Shown here one piece after another: positions 9,804 to 20,809 of a DNA stretch of 64,000 nt (its first letter is position 1; the number at the start of each line of letters is the position of its first letter). The stretch covers positions 267,073-331,072 of the forward strand of contig CAVSDG010000008.1 of NCBI GenBank assembly GCA_963726685.1, read 5' to 3'. The notes under the pieces were generated by a model. It saw nothing but the letters and a program-made list of their open reading frames with translations. It searched no databases and was not told where the DNA came from. Source of the DNA: an uncultured Planctomycetota bacterium. Lineage in GTDB: Bacteria; Planctomycetota; Planctomycetia; Isosphaerales; Isosphaeraceae. The translations under genes were made by a program, and so were the position numbers.

Positions 9804-9966
9804 TCAGCTACCGCGATCGCCCGGAGAGAACTTCACCGAGCCGGGCTGGACGAGCGTCTGCGTCTCCTTGATTAGCGAAGAGAATTTCATCGCGGTCAGG
9901 GTGAACTCGGTGAGATCATCGCCGCCGTCGGGACAGACCCAGGCATAGACGTCGCCGCTCCGCCCG
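9804..9966 (-). pseudogene. 3' fragment of the lipoprotein gene split by the IS3 element
   Basis: After removing the IS and one GCCCG copy, the 11419..12121 reading frame continues as ...DACYVG-RSGDVYAWVCPDGGDDLTEFTLTAMKFSSLIKETQTLVQPGSVKFSPGDRGS-stop (TGA at 9806-9804). Confidence 0.7.
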
Positions 9967-10054
9967 TGTAGTGTGTCAGCCCGAATGGCACAGAACCTTG
10001 GTTAGAGATCAGCCTCCTCCAGGGGTACGATGATGACGACCTGGAGGACCAGCG

Positions 10055-10354
10055 ATGGGCACGAACGGGAAGCGACGGACGTGGAGCGCGGCCGAGAAGC
10101 TCCGGATTGTCCTGGCCGGCATGGAGCCCGATGTCGAGGTCTCCGACCTCTGCCGTCGCGAGGGGCTCAACCCGGTCCAGTTCTACGCCTGGAAGAAGCA
10201 ACTCCGGGGCGCGGCCTCCCGCGTGTTCGAGGATCGCAGGGGCCGCCCCGACGCCCGCGAGCAGAGGCGCGAGGCCGAACTTCAGCGGCTCAAGAACGTG
10301 ATCGCCGAGATCACCGCCGAGAACCTCGAACTAAAAAAGGGGCGCTCGGGTTAG
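10055..10354 (+). CDS. IS3-family transposase OrfA (HTH)
   Basis: MGTNGKRRTWSAAEKLRIVLAGMEPDVEVSDLCRREGLNPVQFYAWKKQL... is a typical IS3/IS911 OrfA with a leucine-zipper tail. Confidence 0.9.
   Translation: MGTNGKRRTWSAAEKLRIVLAGMEPDVEVSDLCRREGLNPVQFYAWKKQLRGAASRVFEDRRGRPDAREQRREAELQRLKNVIAEITAENLELKKGRSG
10333..10339 (+). promoter_or_regulatory. A AAA AAG -1 programmed frameshift heptamer of the IS3 element
   Basis: The heptamer is in the correct X XXY YYZ phase of orfA. The -1 frame continues GALGLEDHGRLPPE into the DDE domain. Confidence 0.8.
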
Positions 10355-11409
10355 AGGACCACGGCCGACTGCCGCCCGAGCTTCAAGGGCGCGTCCACGA
10401 GGAGGTCGAACACACGAGGCGTCGCAGCGGCTGGCCGGCGAAGAAGACGCTGGCGGCCCTGGGTGTCGCGGCGCGGAGCTACTATCGCTGGCTCAAGGCC
10501 GGGGCCCGGGCCGAGGGACGGTCCGCCGAGTCATCCCCGCTGGTGTCGCCGTACGAAGCGCTCTCCGAGGAGAAGCAGGCCGTGCTCGCTTACGCCCGCA
10601 AGCACCCCGAGCTGCGGCATCGGGAATTGGCCTGGAGGATGGTCGACGAGGACGTGGCCTACCTCAGTGCCTCGACGGTCTACCGCATCCTGAAGGCGGC
10701 GAACCTGGTCTGCCCGTGGCGGCGGCGGGCCAGGCGGAAGAAGGCCCAGGAGGAGAAGGCGAGCCGTCCCGATCAGCGGTGGAGCACCGACCTGATGCAC
10801 GTGCAGGTCGGGGGCCGGGTCTACTACGTCGTCGCGTTCCTGGACGAGTACTCGCGGTCGATCGTCCATCACGAGCTGCTCTTGGGGATGGACGGGCTGA
10901 CGGTGAGCCTGGCGGCGCAGAAGGCGATCGAGACGTTGCCCAAGGGCCCCGACGGCAAGCCGGCGGTGACGCCTTTGATCCGCTCGGACAACGGGAGCTG
11001 TTACATCGCGAAGGAGTTCCGCGTGGTGCTCCGGGAGAACGGCCTGGGGCATCATCGGATCCGGCCGCATTGCCCGGAGGAGAACGGGCTGATCGAGCGT
11101 GCCAACCGGACGCTCCGCGAGGCGTTGGACGGGGAGGAGCTGACCGACTTGTTGACGGCCGAGCGCGTGCTGGCCCGGCTGGTGCGGCGGTACAACGAGG
11201 AGCGGTTGCACAGCGCGTTGGGTTACCTGCCGCCCTGGGAGTTCTACCGGGGCGAGCCATCGCGCCGGTTCGAGGAGCGCCGGGTCAAGCTGTTCCAGGC
11301 CCGGCATCGCCGCCGGGAGCGGAACCTGCAATTGCGTCAGGAGACCTTGCCACTCGAAGGGGGGAGGCTGTTACTTCCGACCGAGGCCGGTTTGTGCCAC
11401 TACGGTTGA
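10339..11409 (+). CDS. IS3-family transposase OrfB (DDE integrase domain), expressed as an OrfAB fusion
   Basis: Contains RPDQRWSTDLMHVQVGGRVYYVVAFLDEYSRSIVHHEL...IRSDNGSCYIAKEF...HCPEENGLIERANRTLRE (rve-type D, D, E context). Confidence 0.9.
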   Translation, partial: GALGLEDHGRLPPELQGRVHEEVEHTRRRSGWPAKKTLAALGVAARSYYRWLKAGARAEGRSAESSPLVSPYEALSEEKQAVLAYARKHPELRHRELAWRMVDEDVAYLSASTVYRILKAANLVCPWRRRARRKKAQEEKASRPDQRWSTDLMHVQVGGRVYYVVAFLDEYSRSIVHHELLLGMDGLTVSLAAQKAIETLPKGPDGKPAVTPLIRSDNGSCYIAKEFRVVLRENGLGHHRIRPHCPEENGLIERANRTLREALDGEELTDLLTAERVLARLVRRYNEERLHSALGYLPPWEFYRGEPSRRFEERRVKLFQARHRRRERNLQLRQETLPLEGGRLLLPTEAGLCHYG

Positions 11410-11418
11410 AACGCTACA

Positions 11419-12121
11419 GCCCGACGTAGCAGGCGTCCTTCGGGATGTCCCGCATGCGGCCGACGTGGAACCAGCCGGGACGGATCCGCGCCAGGTCGCG
11501 GTTGATCCACTCGACCTGCCGGCAAATATTCCGGGCCAGCGGGGTGCGCTCCGGAGCGGGCGCGACGCAGGGGAAATCGTCGTTGGTCGAGATGATGCGG
11601 GCGTTGGCATGGGCGAGATCATGGCTCTTTCGCCAATGGTCCTCGTAGAAGTACATCGTCCCGTACTGAAGATCGGGGTTGAGTGGGATCTGTCCCTTCA
11701 GCTCGTGCGCCAGCTCGTCGGAGAAGTCACGGGGAAGCATCTCGTGCGAGCCGTGGGCGCGGCGATAAGCGATCCGGACCAGGCGGAGCTCGACCGGCTC
11801 GATGACCGGGGACATCCCCCACTGGGCCACGGCGGTCCTCGACCCGAGGAGCTGCGGGAACCAGGTGGTCGGCGGCCCGTTGTCCAACGCCGCGCCGCCC
11901 GAGATCGAGTCGGTGACCTGCGTCGTCCCCTCGCGGAGATTGACGTGCCAGGGCAGCGCCGCGGGGTTGGCGGCGAACAGCGCGAGGTTGTTCAGCACCT
12001 GCTGATACTGCAACTCGGGCAGTGTGCTCGCCTGGTGGATCGTCCTCTGACGCAGCCGGCCGGCTGTGCAGCCCGGCAGGACGAGGATCCCGAGCGCGAG
12101 GATGAGGCGGATCGGGCGCAT
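11419..12121 (-). CDS. Lipoprotein of unknown function, 5' part; truncated by the IS3 insertion (stop supplied by the IS end at 11414-11416)
   Basis: MRPIRLILALGILVLPGCTAG is a signal peptide with a lipobox. The ORF runs into the IS right end, where CTG TAG terminates it. Confidence 0.75.
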
Positions 12122-12195
12122 ATCCCCATCCGTGGGGCGTGATCGGGCATGATCTGTCGACTGTATCGGTCAAGAAGGTTGTGCGGCTTGAGTCC

Positions 12196-12225
12196 TCGCG
12201 AGCCGCGGATCACCGCGGCTCGCGA
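12196..12225 (-). terminator. Strong GC hairpin between the RND pump gene and the lipoprotein gene
   Basis: Perfect 13-bp stem TCGCGAGCCGCGG/CCGCGGCTCGCGA with loop ATCA. There is no clear U-tract. Confidence 0.35.
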
Positions 12226-12535
12226 AGAGCCTTGTACAAGATCACGACGTGAAGGTCTCGAAGATGCCAGATCGACGTGATGCTCACCGCTCAGTCGAAC
12301 GCCAGCGACCAATGTTTACCGGCGTCGCCTGCGTCGACCCCGCGCCGATGGAGGGACACCGCCGGCCGGTCGGCCCGCTCCTCTCAAGTGCTAGAGGGCA
12401 CCACGTGGCACCAGGTTCAAAGCGTGTATGGAACGCATGCGTATTGCCATCGAGCCCCGTCGCGGGTGGTGACACGCAGCATTGTCTGTCATGTCGGCGG
12501 AAGCGATGCGTGGAGCGCGAGCCCCGGGGATCCGA

Positions 12536-15500
12536 TCAGATGGCCCCGGCGTGCGCGTCGTCGACAACGCCGTGTGGCTTGCCGCCGTGGGCCACCCCAT
12601 CGCCCGTCGGCGGGTCCGGCACTTCGTGAGCATCGCCCCGCGCGGAGCCGCTCACCGAGCACGTAATAGACCGGGATAACCATCCGGCCGAGTACCGTGC
12701 TGATGGCGATTCCGAAGGCGATCACGATCCCCAGCGAGTTCCGGCTGTAGGCCCCAGCGCCCGTGGCCCGGGCCATCGGCAGGACGCCGAAGACGAAGGC
12801 GAAGGACGTCATCAGGATCGGCCGGAGCCGCTGCCGCGCGGCCTCCTTGGCCGAGTCGAGGATCGACATCCCCCGCTTCTCGATCAACTCGACGCCGAAT
12901 TCGACGATCAGGATCGCGTTCTTCGTCTCCAGGCCGATCAGCATGACGAGGCCGATCTGGCCGAAGACGTCGAGCGGCATGTCGAAGAGCCAGAGACCCA
13001 CCATCGCGCCAAATGTCGCCAGCGGCACGGTCAGGATGATGACCAGCGGCCTGATCCAGCTCTCATACAAGGCCGCCATAAAGAGGAAGCAGCAGACCAC
13101 CGAAAGGGCGAAGATCACCGTCGCGATGTTGCCCGTCTTCTGCTCCTGGAACGTGGTGCCGGTCCACTCGAAACCGAAACCCTCGGGCAGGGTCAGGTCG
13201 GCGATCGCCTCCATCGCCGCGATCGCCTGGCCCGAGCTGTAGCCCGGCGCGGGCTCGCGGTGATCCGGGCGGCATTGTACATGTTGTAATGAGGCACGTC
13301 GATCGGTCCGAGGATCGTCTTCACGTCGCCCAATGCGCTCAAGGGAACCTTCTGCTTCTTGCTGTTGAGCACGTAGAGCGTAAGGATGTCCTCCGGCTTG
13401 CGGCGGTCCTCGCCCTCGGCCTGGACCATGACCTTCCAGACCTTGCCGTAGAGGTTGAAGTCGTTGACGTAGTAGCCGCCGAGGTAGGCCTGGAGCACCG
13501 AGAAGACCGCCGAGACGTCGACGTCGAGCCGGCGGGCCTTCGTCCGGTCGAGCTCATAGCGAAGCTGGGGGACGCGGGCCGAAAAAGTGGTGAACGCCCC
13601 GGCAAGCTCGGGGTGCTTGCTCGCATCGCGGACCTCCTCGAGAAACCGGTCGGTGACCCGCGCAAGCGCCTCGACGCCACGGCCCTCGCGATCCTCGAGC
13701 ATCATCTCGATGCCGCCCGTCTGGCTAAGTCCCGGGATCGGCGGCGGCTGGAGCACGGTCGCCCTGGCGTCGGTGACGCCCGCCGAGATGGCCTCCTGGA
13801 GCGTCCGTGCCAGCCCCGCCGCGCGCAAGGCCGGTGTTCTCCGCTCCGCCCAGTCCGTAAGAATGACGAACGCCGTCGCCGTGTTCGGCTGGTTGATCGC
13901 GTTGACGACGTTGAATCCGTCGAGCAGCACGACGTCGCGAACGCCCGGCTGTTCGAGGGCGATTTGGCTCACCCGCTGCGCGGCACGGCCGGTTGGCTCC
14001 CGGGTCGTGCCGTCGGGGGTCTGGAGGCTCACGATCAGGTAGCCCTGGTCCTCGGTCGGGATGAACGATTTGGGACGCTCGTACAGCATGTAGCCCGTGA
14101 GCACGAGCAACGCGAGCGACGGAATCACGACCACCGACCAGTACTTGACGCCCCACTCCAGAAACGAGTCGTACGAGTCTTCCAGCCACTTCATCCCGCG
14201 GTTGAACCAGAGGAACGGGGGGAATTTCGTCTCGCCGTGCTTGGCCTTCAGGAAGAGCCGGCACATCGCCGGCGTAAACGTGAGCGAGTTGAACGCCGAG
14301 AACAGGAACGAGAACACGATCGTCAGCGCAACTGGTTGTAGAGCCGCCCCGTCAGCCCCGGGATGAACGCGACGGGGACGAACACCGCCGCAAGCACAAG
14401 GCTGATCGTGATGATCGGCGTCGTGATCTCCGCCATCGCCGCCCGGGTCGCCTCGAGCGGCCGCATCCCGCGATCAAGGAATTTCTCGACGTTTTCGACG
14501 ACGATGATCGCATCGTCGACGACGAGCCCGATCGCCAGGATCAGCCCGCACATCGTCAGCGTGTTGATCGAGAAGCCCGACCCCGCCATCATCGCGAACG
14601 TCGCGACGAGCGAGACCGGGATCGCCAGCATCGGGATGATCGTCGCGCGTAACCCCTGCAAGAAGATGAACACGACCAGCAGAACGAGCAGGAACGCCTC
14701 GTAGAGCGTCTGCTGGACCTCGGCGATGTTCTCGCGGACGTACCGCGTTGTGTCGTAAGCGATCCGGTACTCCAGGCCCGGCGGAAAATACTTCGAGAGC
14801 CGGTCCATCTCGGCGCGGACCTGACGCACGATGTCGAGCCCATTGGCGTCAGCGAGCTGATAGATCGGGAGCGTGGCCGCCGGCTTGCCGCTGAGGAATC
14901 CTGCAGTCTCGTAGTTCTCCGAGTCGAGCTGGACGCGCGCCACGTCGCCGACGCGGACGATCGAGCCGTCGTCGTTCCGGCGAACGATAATGTCCTCGAA
15001 TTCTGAGACCTTCTCGAGCCGGCCCTTGACGTTGACGGGATACTCGAACCGCTGCCCGGTCGGCACGGGGGCCGAGCCGATCTTGCCCGAGGCGGCCTGC
15101 TTGTTCTCGGACTGCACCGCGGCGATCACCTCGTCGGGCGAGATCCGCTGGTTCGACATCCGGTTCGGGTCGAGCCAGATCCGCATCGCGTACTTGCGGC
15201 CGAATGGCTTGACGTCGCTCACGCCCGGGATCCGCTTCAGGCCGTCGACGACGTTGATCTGGCCGTAGTTGTCGAGGAACGTCGAGTCGTACCGGCCGTC
15301 GGGCGAGACGAGGTTCACGACGCAGACCATGTTGGTGGACGTCTTCTTGACCGTCAGGCCGTATTGCTTCACCTCGGGCGGCAGGCTGGCCTGGGCGGTC
15401 GAGGCGTAGTTCTGGATATCGACCGCCGCGATATCCTGCGAGTAGCCGACGTCGAACGTGGAAATGATGTTGCAGGTGCCGTTGCTCGTGTTGTCCGAAT

Positions 15501-15735
15501 AGAAGTAGATCTGCCCCTTGGCGCCGTTGATCTGCTGCTCGATCGGCGTGGCCACGGTGTCGGCCACGGTCTGGGCGTCGGCCCCGGTGAAGGTCGTCGA
15601 GATCTGGACCTGCGGCGGGACGATATCCGGATAAAGCGCGATCGGCAGCACGAACACGCAAATGCCGCCGACCAGCAGCATCAGGAGCGCGAGCACCGTG
15701 GCGAAGATCGGCCGGCCGATGAAAAAATTGACCAT
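12536..15735 (-). CDS. RND efflux transporter permease (AcrB/HAE1-like), frame broken near 14331, 13259 and about 12645
   Basis: Track ORFs 14323..15735, 13193..14317 and 12489..13214 are consecutive parts of one AcrB-like protein (MVNFFIGRPIFATVLALLMLL...; ...GLTGRLYNQ-F-ALTIVFSFLFSAFNSLT...; ...HYNMYNAARITG-EPAPGYSSGQAIAAMEAI...). The last 40 codons have high GC3 only in the frame ending at the TGA at 12538-12536. Confidence 0.85.
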
Positions 15736-15820
15736 GGATGCTCTCGTCTTCGTAGGGTCCGCTATTGCGGACCATTCGGTGCGATGCTCTTCGATCGAAG
15801 GCGGTCCGCAACAGCGGACG

Positions 15821-17122
15821 CTACGAAGACCCCGACGCCTTGGTCTTCACCTTCGCGTTGGGCCGGACGAGCTGGATTCCCTCGACGATCACCTTCTGTC
15901 CGGGCTCCAGTCCCGAGTCGATCACGCGGTTCCCTCCCGACCGGATCGAGGCCTTCACCGGCGTCACGTGGACGATTCCCTGGTCGTCGACCGTGTAGAC
16001 AGTCGGCCCGGCCTGGGTCTCGACGACGGCGCCCTCGGGGACGACGACGACCCCCTTGCGCATCCCGACCGTGACGTCGGCCTTCACGTATTCGCCCGGC
16101 AGCAGGACGAGGTCCGGGTTCGCGACGTCGGCGCGGGCCAGGAAGGTTGAGGTCGTCGGCTCGACCTCGTTGTCGATGAAGTTGATGATGCCCGTGTGCG
16201 GCTTGTCGGGATCCCCTTCGAGGCCGGGGCGGACGATGACGATGGGCAGCCCCTGCTTGACCAGCCTGGTCGCCCGGTCAAGGTAGCGTGAGGGCACCTG
16301 GACGTCGACCCCCATCGGGTCGAGCTGCTGGATCGTCGCCAAGTCGGTCGCCAGTCCCGAGGCGAGGGCCGAGCCGACGAGGTTCCCGACCTTCATCCGC
16401 GCCTCGCCGATCCGGCCTTCGATCGGGGCGTACACCCGGCAGTACCCCAGGTTGATCTCGGCGTCGCGGAGCGAGGCCTTCGCCGCGTCCACGTCGGCCT
16501 GGGCCGAGCGGATGTTCGTGTCGTAGTCGGCCGTCGCCTGCTCGAGGGTCGCCTGATCGCCCGCCACCTGTGCCGTCCATTTCTCGAGGTCGGCCTGCGC
16601 CTGGTCGAGGTCCCCCTTCGCCGCGGCGTTCCGGGCGAACAGGTTGCTCACCCGCTGCTCCTGGACCTTCGCCAGGGACTGCTGAGCCTTATCCAGGGCG
16701 AGCGTCGCTGCGTCGACCTCCCTGGACTTCGACTGCTTGGCCTTGGCCAGCGATGCCACGGCCGACTCGAGCTTGGCCTTCGCCGCCGCGACCGCCACCT
16801 TGTACGGCTCCTCCTCGATGACGAACAGGAGCTGCCTCGGCTTGACGGTCGACCCCTCCTTGAAGTGGATCTCTTCCAGGAAGCCGCGGACGCGGGCCTG
16901 GACGGTGACCTTCTGCAGTGACCGCGTCGTCCCGTTCGGCTCGGCCTTCTCGGGGACGTCCGTCTTCACGACCTCGACGACGACAACCTCGGGCAATGGT
17001 CGGGCGGAGGCGGTCGCCTCGTGGCGGTTGCAACCGACCGCGGTCGCGCTGAGGACGATAAAACCCGCCAGGCCGACGGCCCTCACGGACCAGCTCGGCG
17101 ACCGCGAAAACAGCCGACCCAT
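15821..17122 (-). CDS. Efflux RND periplasmic adaptor (membrane fusion protein)
   Basis: Contains VTVQARVRGFLEEIHFKEGSTVKPRQLLFVIEEEPYKVAV, a coiled coil and beta-barrel segments. I prefer the ATG at 17122 (MGRLFSRS...AVGC), preceded by GAGGGGGGA. The track start at 17158 is an alternative. Confidence 0.85.
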   Translation of the reverse strand: MGRLFSRSPSWSVRAVGLAGFIVLSATAVGCNRHEATASARPLPEVVVVEVVKTDVPEKAEPNGTTRSLQKVTVQARVRGFLEEIHFKEGSTVKPRQLLFVIEEEPYKVAVAAAKAKLESAVASLAKAKQSKSREVDAATLALDKAQQSLAKVQEQRVSNLFARNAAAKGDLDQAQADLEKWTAQVAGDQATLEQATADYDTNIRSAQADVDAAKASLRDAEINLGYCRVYAPIEGRIGEARMKVGNLVGSALASGLATDLATIQQLDPMGVDVQVPSRYLDRATRLVKQGLPIVIVRPGLEGDPDKPHTGIINFIDNEVEPTTSTFLARADVANPDLVLLPGEYVKADVTVGMRKGVVVVPEGAVVETQAGPTVYTVDDQGIVHVTPVKASIRSGGNRVIDSGLEPGQKVIVEGIQLVRPNAKVKTKASGSS

Positions 17123-17428
17123 CTTCGATCCCCCCTCGCTCGACCGCGGGCGTCTCAACCTGCTGATTTCACACCGAGGATTATGGACCTGGCGTCAACC
17201 GCTTGGAAAGGGCCCTGAACTACGAGTTACTGATGCAGATCGCCATGATCGCCGGCGTCCTGACGAGCTACCCGGCCGACTGGCGGCTCATGAAGATCGG
17301 TGTCAAGGAAGCGATGTGATCGGCCTCGAATGCCTTTTTTTCATTCGCCCCGACCCGCCAGCCGATGTAGTATACATCGGTTCCATGACGGTCCTGGCGG
17401 CGATCCCCCAACTCCGGAGGGCTCGGCG

Positions 17429-17968
17429 ATGACGAGGCAAGCTTGCGCGATCGTGATCTCGTTCGGTCTGATGGCCGCGGCGGTGGGCGCGCGGTCGTTC
17501 GCGGCGGATGAGAAGGGGATGGACGCCAAAACGGCGTTCGCTCGTCTGAAGTCGCTCGACGGCACCTGGAAAGCCATACCGAAGATGGAGGGCCACCCCG
17601 CGCCCGACAAGCCGATTTCGTTCACATACCATGTAACGGCCAACGGCAGCGCGGTGATGGAGACGCTGTTCGCCGGGACGGATCACGAGATGGTCACGAT
17701 GTACACCCTCGACGGCGGCGACCTCCGGCTGACCCACTACTGCGCCCAGAAGAACCAGCCGCACCTGAAACTCGACAAGGGCGCCTCAACGCCCGATTCG
17801 TTCGTGTTCATTTTCGACGGCGGCACGAACTTCGACCCGGCGAAGGACAGTCACATGCACTCGGGTCGGATCGTCTTCCGCGACGCCAAGCACGTCGAGT
17901 CGGAGTGGGACGGATACGCGGGTGGCGAGAAGCAGCAAACGGCCAGGTTCGAGCTCAGCCGGCCGTGA
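17429..17968 (+). CDS. Secreted hypothetical protein (DUF1579/lipocalin-like by resemblance)
   Basis: The ATG at 17429 is preceded by GGAGG. The signal peptide is MTRQACAIVISFGLMAAAVGARSFA. The family name is tentative. Confidence 0.65.
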   Translation: MTRQACAIVISFGLMAAAVGARSFAADEKGMDAKTAFARLKSLDGTWKAIPKMEGHPAPDKPISFTYHVTANGSAVMETLFAGTDHEMVTMYTLDGGDLRLTHYCAQKNQPHLKLDKGASTPDSFVFIFDGGTNFDPAKDSHMHSGRIVFRDAKHVESEWDGYAGGEKQQTARFELSRP

Positions 17969-17988
17969 GACGCCCGTGACCGCGCCGT

Positions 17989-19526
17989 TCACCCGGCCCA
18001 GACGCCGCGGTCGAGCGAGCGGTAGCCGACGGCCTCGGCGATGTGATGCCCGGCGATGGCGTCGGAGTCTTCGAGGTCGGCCATCGTCCGGGCGACGCGA
18101 AGGACCTTGTCGTGCGCCCTCGCCGACAGGCCGAGCTCCTCCATCGCGCCCTTGAGCATCGCGGCCGGCTCGGGCTTGAGTGCGCAATACTTGCGGACCT
18201 GCCGCGGCGTCATCCGCCCGTTCACCCCCGGCCCGCGAGGACCGAACCGCTCGGCCTGCCGGGCCCGGGCCTTGAGGACGATGCCGAGCAGGTCGGCCGA
18301 CGTCGGCCCCGGAGGCGCCTCGGTGAGCTGTGCGAACGGCACGGCCGGCACTTCGACATGCAGGTCGATCCGGTCGAGCAACGGTCCGCTGATCTTCCCG
18401 AGATACTTCTCCACCTGCGGCGGCGAGCAGTTGCACGACCGCCGCGGGTCGCTCCGATACCCGCACGGGCATGGGTTCATCGCCGCGACCAGCACGAACT
18501 CGGCGGGAAACGTCGTCTCGCAGAGCGCCCGGCTGATCGTCACCCGGCCCTCTTCCAGCGGCTGGCGAAGCACTTCGAGCGTCTTCCGGTTGAATTCGGG
18601 CAATTCATCGAGAAACAAGACACCCTTATGAGCGAGTGAGATCTCCCCGGGCTGCGGGATCGTCCCGCCGCCCACGAGTCCCGCGTCGCTGACCGAGTGG
18701 TGCGGCGAGCGGAACGGCCGCATGGCCATCAACGGCTCGCCGGCGCGGAGCAGGCCCATGGCGCTGTAGATCCGGGTCGTCTCCAGGCTCTCGCCGGGCG
18801 TCAGCGGCGGCATGATCGAACTCAATCGCTTCGCCAGCAGCGTCTTGCCGGTGCCGGGCGGGCCGATCATCAGTACGTTATGACTTCCCGATGCCGCGAT
18901 CACGAGGCCCGCTTGGCGTAGTCCTGTCCTTTCACGTCGACGAAGTCGTCCTCGGTGTGAGTCAGGCGGTTGAACACATCTTCGAGATCCACCACGCTCG
19001 GCTCTAAATCGAGTGCCCCGGAGAGGAATCCCACGGCCTCGGCGAGGCTGCCGATCGGGTAGACGTCGATCCCCTCGACGACCGCCGCCTCGGCCGCGTT
19101 GGCCGACGGCACGAGCAGCCCGGCCTTGCCCTCGGCCTTCGCCGCCAGGGCCATCGCCAGGATGCCCTTGATCGGCCGCGTCTCGCCGTCGAGCGCCAGC
19201 TCCCCGACGACCGCGTACTCGCCCGGCCTCTCGATCGACGCCTGCCCGCTGCCGATCAGGAGTCCCACCGCAATCGGCAGGTCGAACCCCCCGGCGTCCT
19301 TCTTGAGATCGGCGGGAGCCAGGTTGATCACGACCCGGTCGCACGGCCGCCGATATCCCGAATTCACTAGCGCCCGCTCGACCCGATGCGTGCTCTCACG
19401 GACCGCCGTCTCGGCCAGGCCGACGAGCACGATCTTCGACATGGTCGCGGGCGCGACGTCCACCTCGACCTCGACGGGAGCCGCCTCGATGCCGAGCAAG
19501 GTATACGACGCGAGCTTCGCGAGCAT
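17989..19526 (-). CDS. comM: Mg-chelatase-like AAA+ protein ComM/YifB, frame broken near 18906
   Basis: MLAKLASYTLLGIEAAPVEVEVDV...VKGQDYAKRA joins LVIAASGSHNVLMIGPPGTGKTLLAKRL...GVLFLDELPEF...NPCPCGY after one C is restored. Confidence 0.9.
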
Positions 19527-19814
19527 GGGGCCCGTCCCGGGGTACGTCCCGCCGAGGCGACGCCGCCCCGTCGTTCAAGCATAGGACGCGTTTCGGGATG
19601 CGGCGTTCCGAATGCATTTCCTGTCTTGTGCGGTCAACCGGAGAAACCAAGAATGTCCCCTTCGACTCCCTGCGTTCGAAGGTGGCGAATTGTGAAGATT
19701 CGATGAATTCCGGATTGTCAAATTCACCTTCGCCGGCCACCGTTTCTAGGAACTGTATGATGGGGATACGGACGTCTAGCATAGTGCTGACGCCGTACCC
19801 TTCGAGGGCAGCCA

Positions 19815-20063
19815 ATGGCGACCCAATTGCGGACCGAGTTGCGTGCGTTCGGCTACACCGGCCAAGCCGCCGACTTCCGAGACCTTCTGGCCGAGACGAT
19901 GGCCGCGTTGTTCCCGAACTGGACCGACGAGAAGCTCACCTACAACCCGACGCAGGCGAAGCGGTACTGCGAGGCGGTCGTGGCCCGCACGGGCCTGGAT
20001 CTGCCGGATGAGTTCATCCTGTCGACGCTTGGCAACATCCGTAAGCACCCCGTAAAAGTCTGA
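19815..20063 (+). CDS. Hypothetical 82-aa protein, upstream partner of the HEPN-like gene
   Basis: High GC3 coding signal. MATQLRTELRAFGYTGQAADFRDLLAETMAALFPNWTDEKLTYNPTQAKRYCEAV... No family recognised. Confidence 0.55.
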   Translation: MATQLRTELRAFGYTGQAADFRDLLAETMAALFPNWTDEKLTYNPTQAKRYCEAVVARTGLDLPDEFILSTLGNIRKHPVKV

Positions 20064-20129
20064 CGGACCTAGCAGCTACGGCGGCCACGGACGGCCGCCG
20101 GTATAGCTCAATCGAGTGGGGACCTAGCG

Positions 20130-20795
20130 ATGAAGCTGGAAGACGCCGTTACGTGGTTTGAAGCTCTGAGGGAGAAGGCACGCAATGTCCAGATAATAAA
20201 ACCGACGGGAGGACACGATCCTTACATGGAGACCGGCGGAGCACGCGCTTGGTACACAGAAACAAGCGTGGACATTGAGGCGGTGTTCCCGTCCAGCCAT
20301 CGGGTCCACCGGGAATGGGCGTTTTCCACCCTTAGGTCTCTCGAGCCTTCCGAGAGCGCCTTTCGGTCTAAGGTCGGCGTGATCGACGCCGCACTCAGCC
20401 TGCTCCGTGCGGGAAGGATGGGCTCGCTCGTTGACACGATCAGGGCGGACACCGAGGGCGAGTTGCTCGACCAGGCCGACGCCCTGCTGAAGGGCTACCC
20501 AATCGCCGCGACGGTGATCGCGGGAGGGGCGCTGGAGACACACCTGCGATACCTCGTCACCAAGAACGCCCTCAGCATCAGCGGCGCGGGCTCGATCGAC
20601 AAATACGAGGGTGCCATCGCCCAGGCTCGCAACGCCGGGAACGAGATCTACTCGGCGACCCTCAGCAAACAGGTCAAGGCATGGGGCGGGTTACGCAACG
20701 ACGCGGCGCACAGGCCCGGTGAGTTCAAGGCGACCGAGGAGGACGTCCGGCGGATGATCGACGGCGTGCGGGACTTCATCGACCGGACGACGTGA
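20130..20795 (+). CDS. Hypothetical protein with a C-terminal HEPN-like (DUF4145-type) domain
   Basis: The C-terminal ~95 aa read LLDQADALLKGYPIAATVIAGGALETHLRYL ... WGGLRNDAAHRPGEFKATEEDVRRMIDGVRDFIDR, which contains the R-x4-H motif. The N-terminal ~110 aa are unassigned and A/T-richer. Confidence 0.65.
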   Translation: MKLEDAVTWFEALREKARNVQIIKPTGGHDPYMETGGARAWYTETSVDIEAVFPSSHRVHREWAFSTLRSLEPSESAFRSKVGVIDAALSLLRAGRMGSLVDTIRADTEGELLDQADALLKGYPIAATVIAGGALETHLRYLVTKNALSISGAGSIDKYEGAIAQARNAGNEIYSATLSKQVKAWGGLRNDAAHRPGEFKATEEDVRRMIDGVRDFIDRTT

Positions 20796-20809
20796 GCGGT
20801 GGGGCGGCA

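Larger units (their letters stand above)
9967..11418 (+). mobile_element. IS3-family insertion sequence, 1452 bp
   Basis: TG...CA ends. Imperfect inverted repeats: TGTAGTGTGTCAGCCCGAATGGCACAGAACC, and reverse complement of the right end TGTAGCGTTTCAACCGTAGTGGCACAAACC. There is a 5-bp direct repeat GCCCG at 9962-9966 and 11419-11423. orfA/orfB organisation with an A6G slip site. Confidence 0.9.

Noticed and set aside
19396-19815. 139-aa minus-strand ORF upstream of comM
   Set aside because: It starts with TTG on the same nucleotide as the ATG of the better-supported + gene 19815..20063. It overlaps the comM start by 130 nt and has only moderate GC3. It is probably non-coding leader, although a short real ORF cannot be excluded given the indel-prone sequence.
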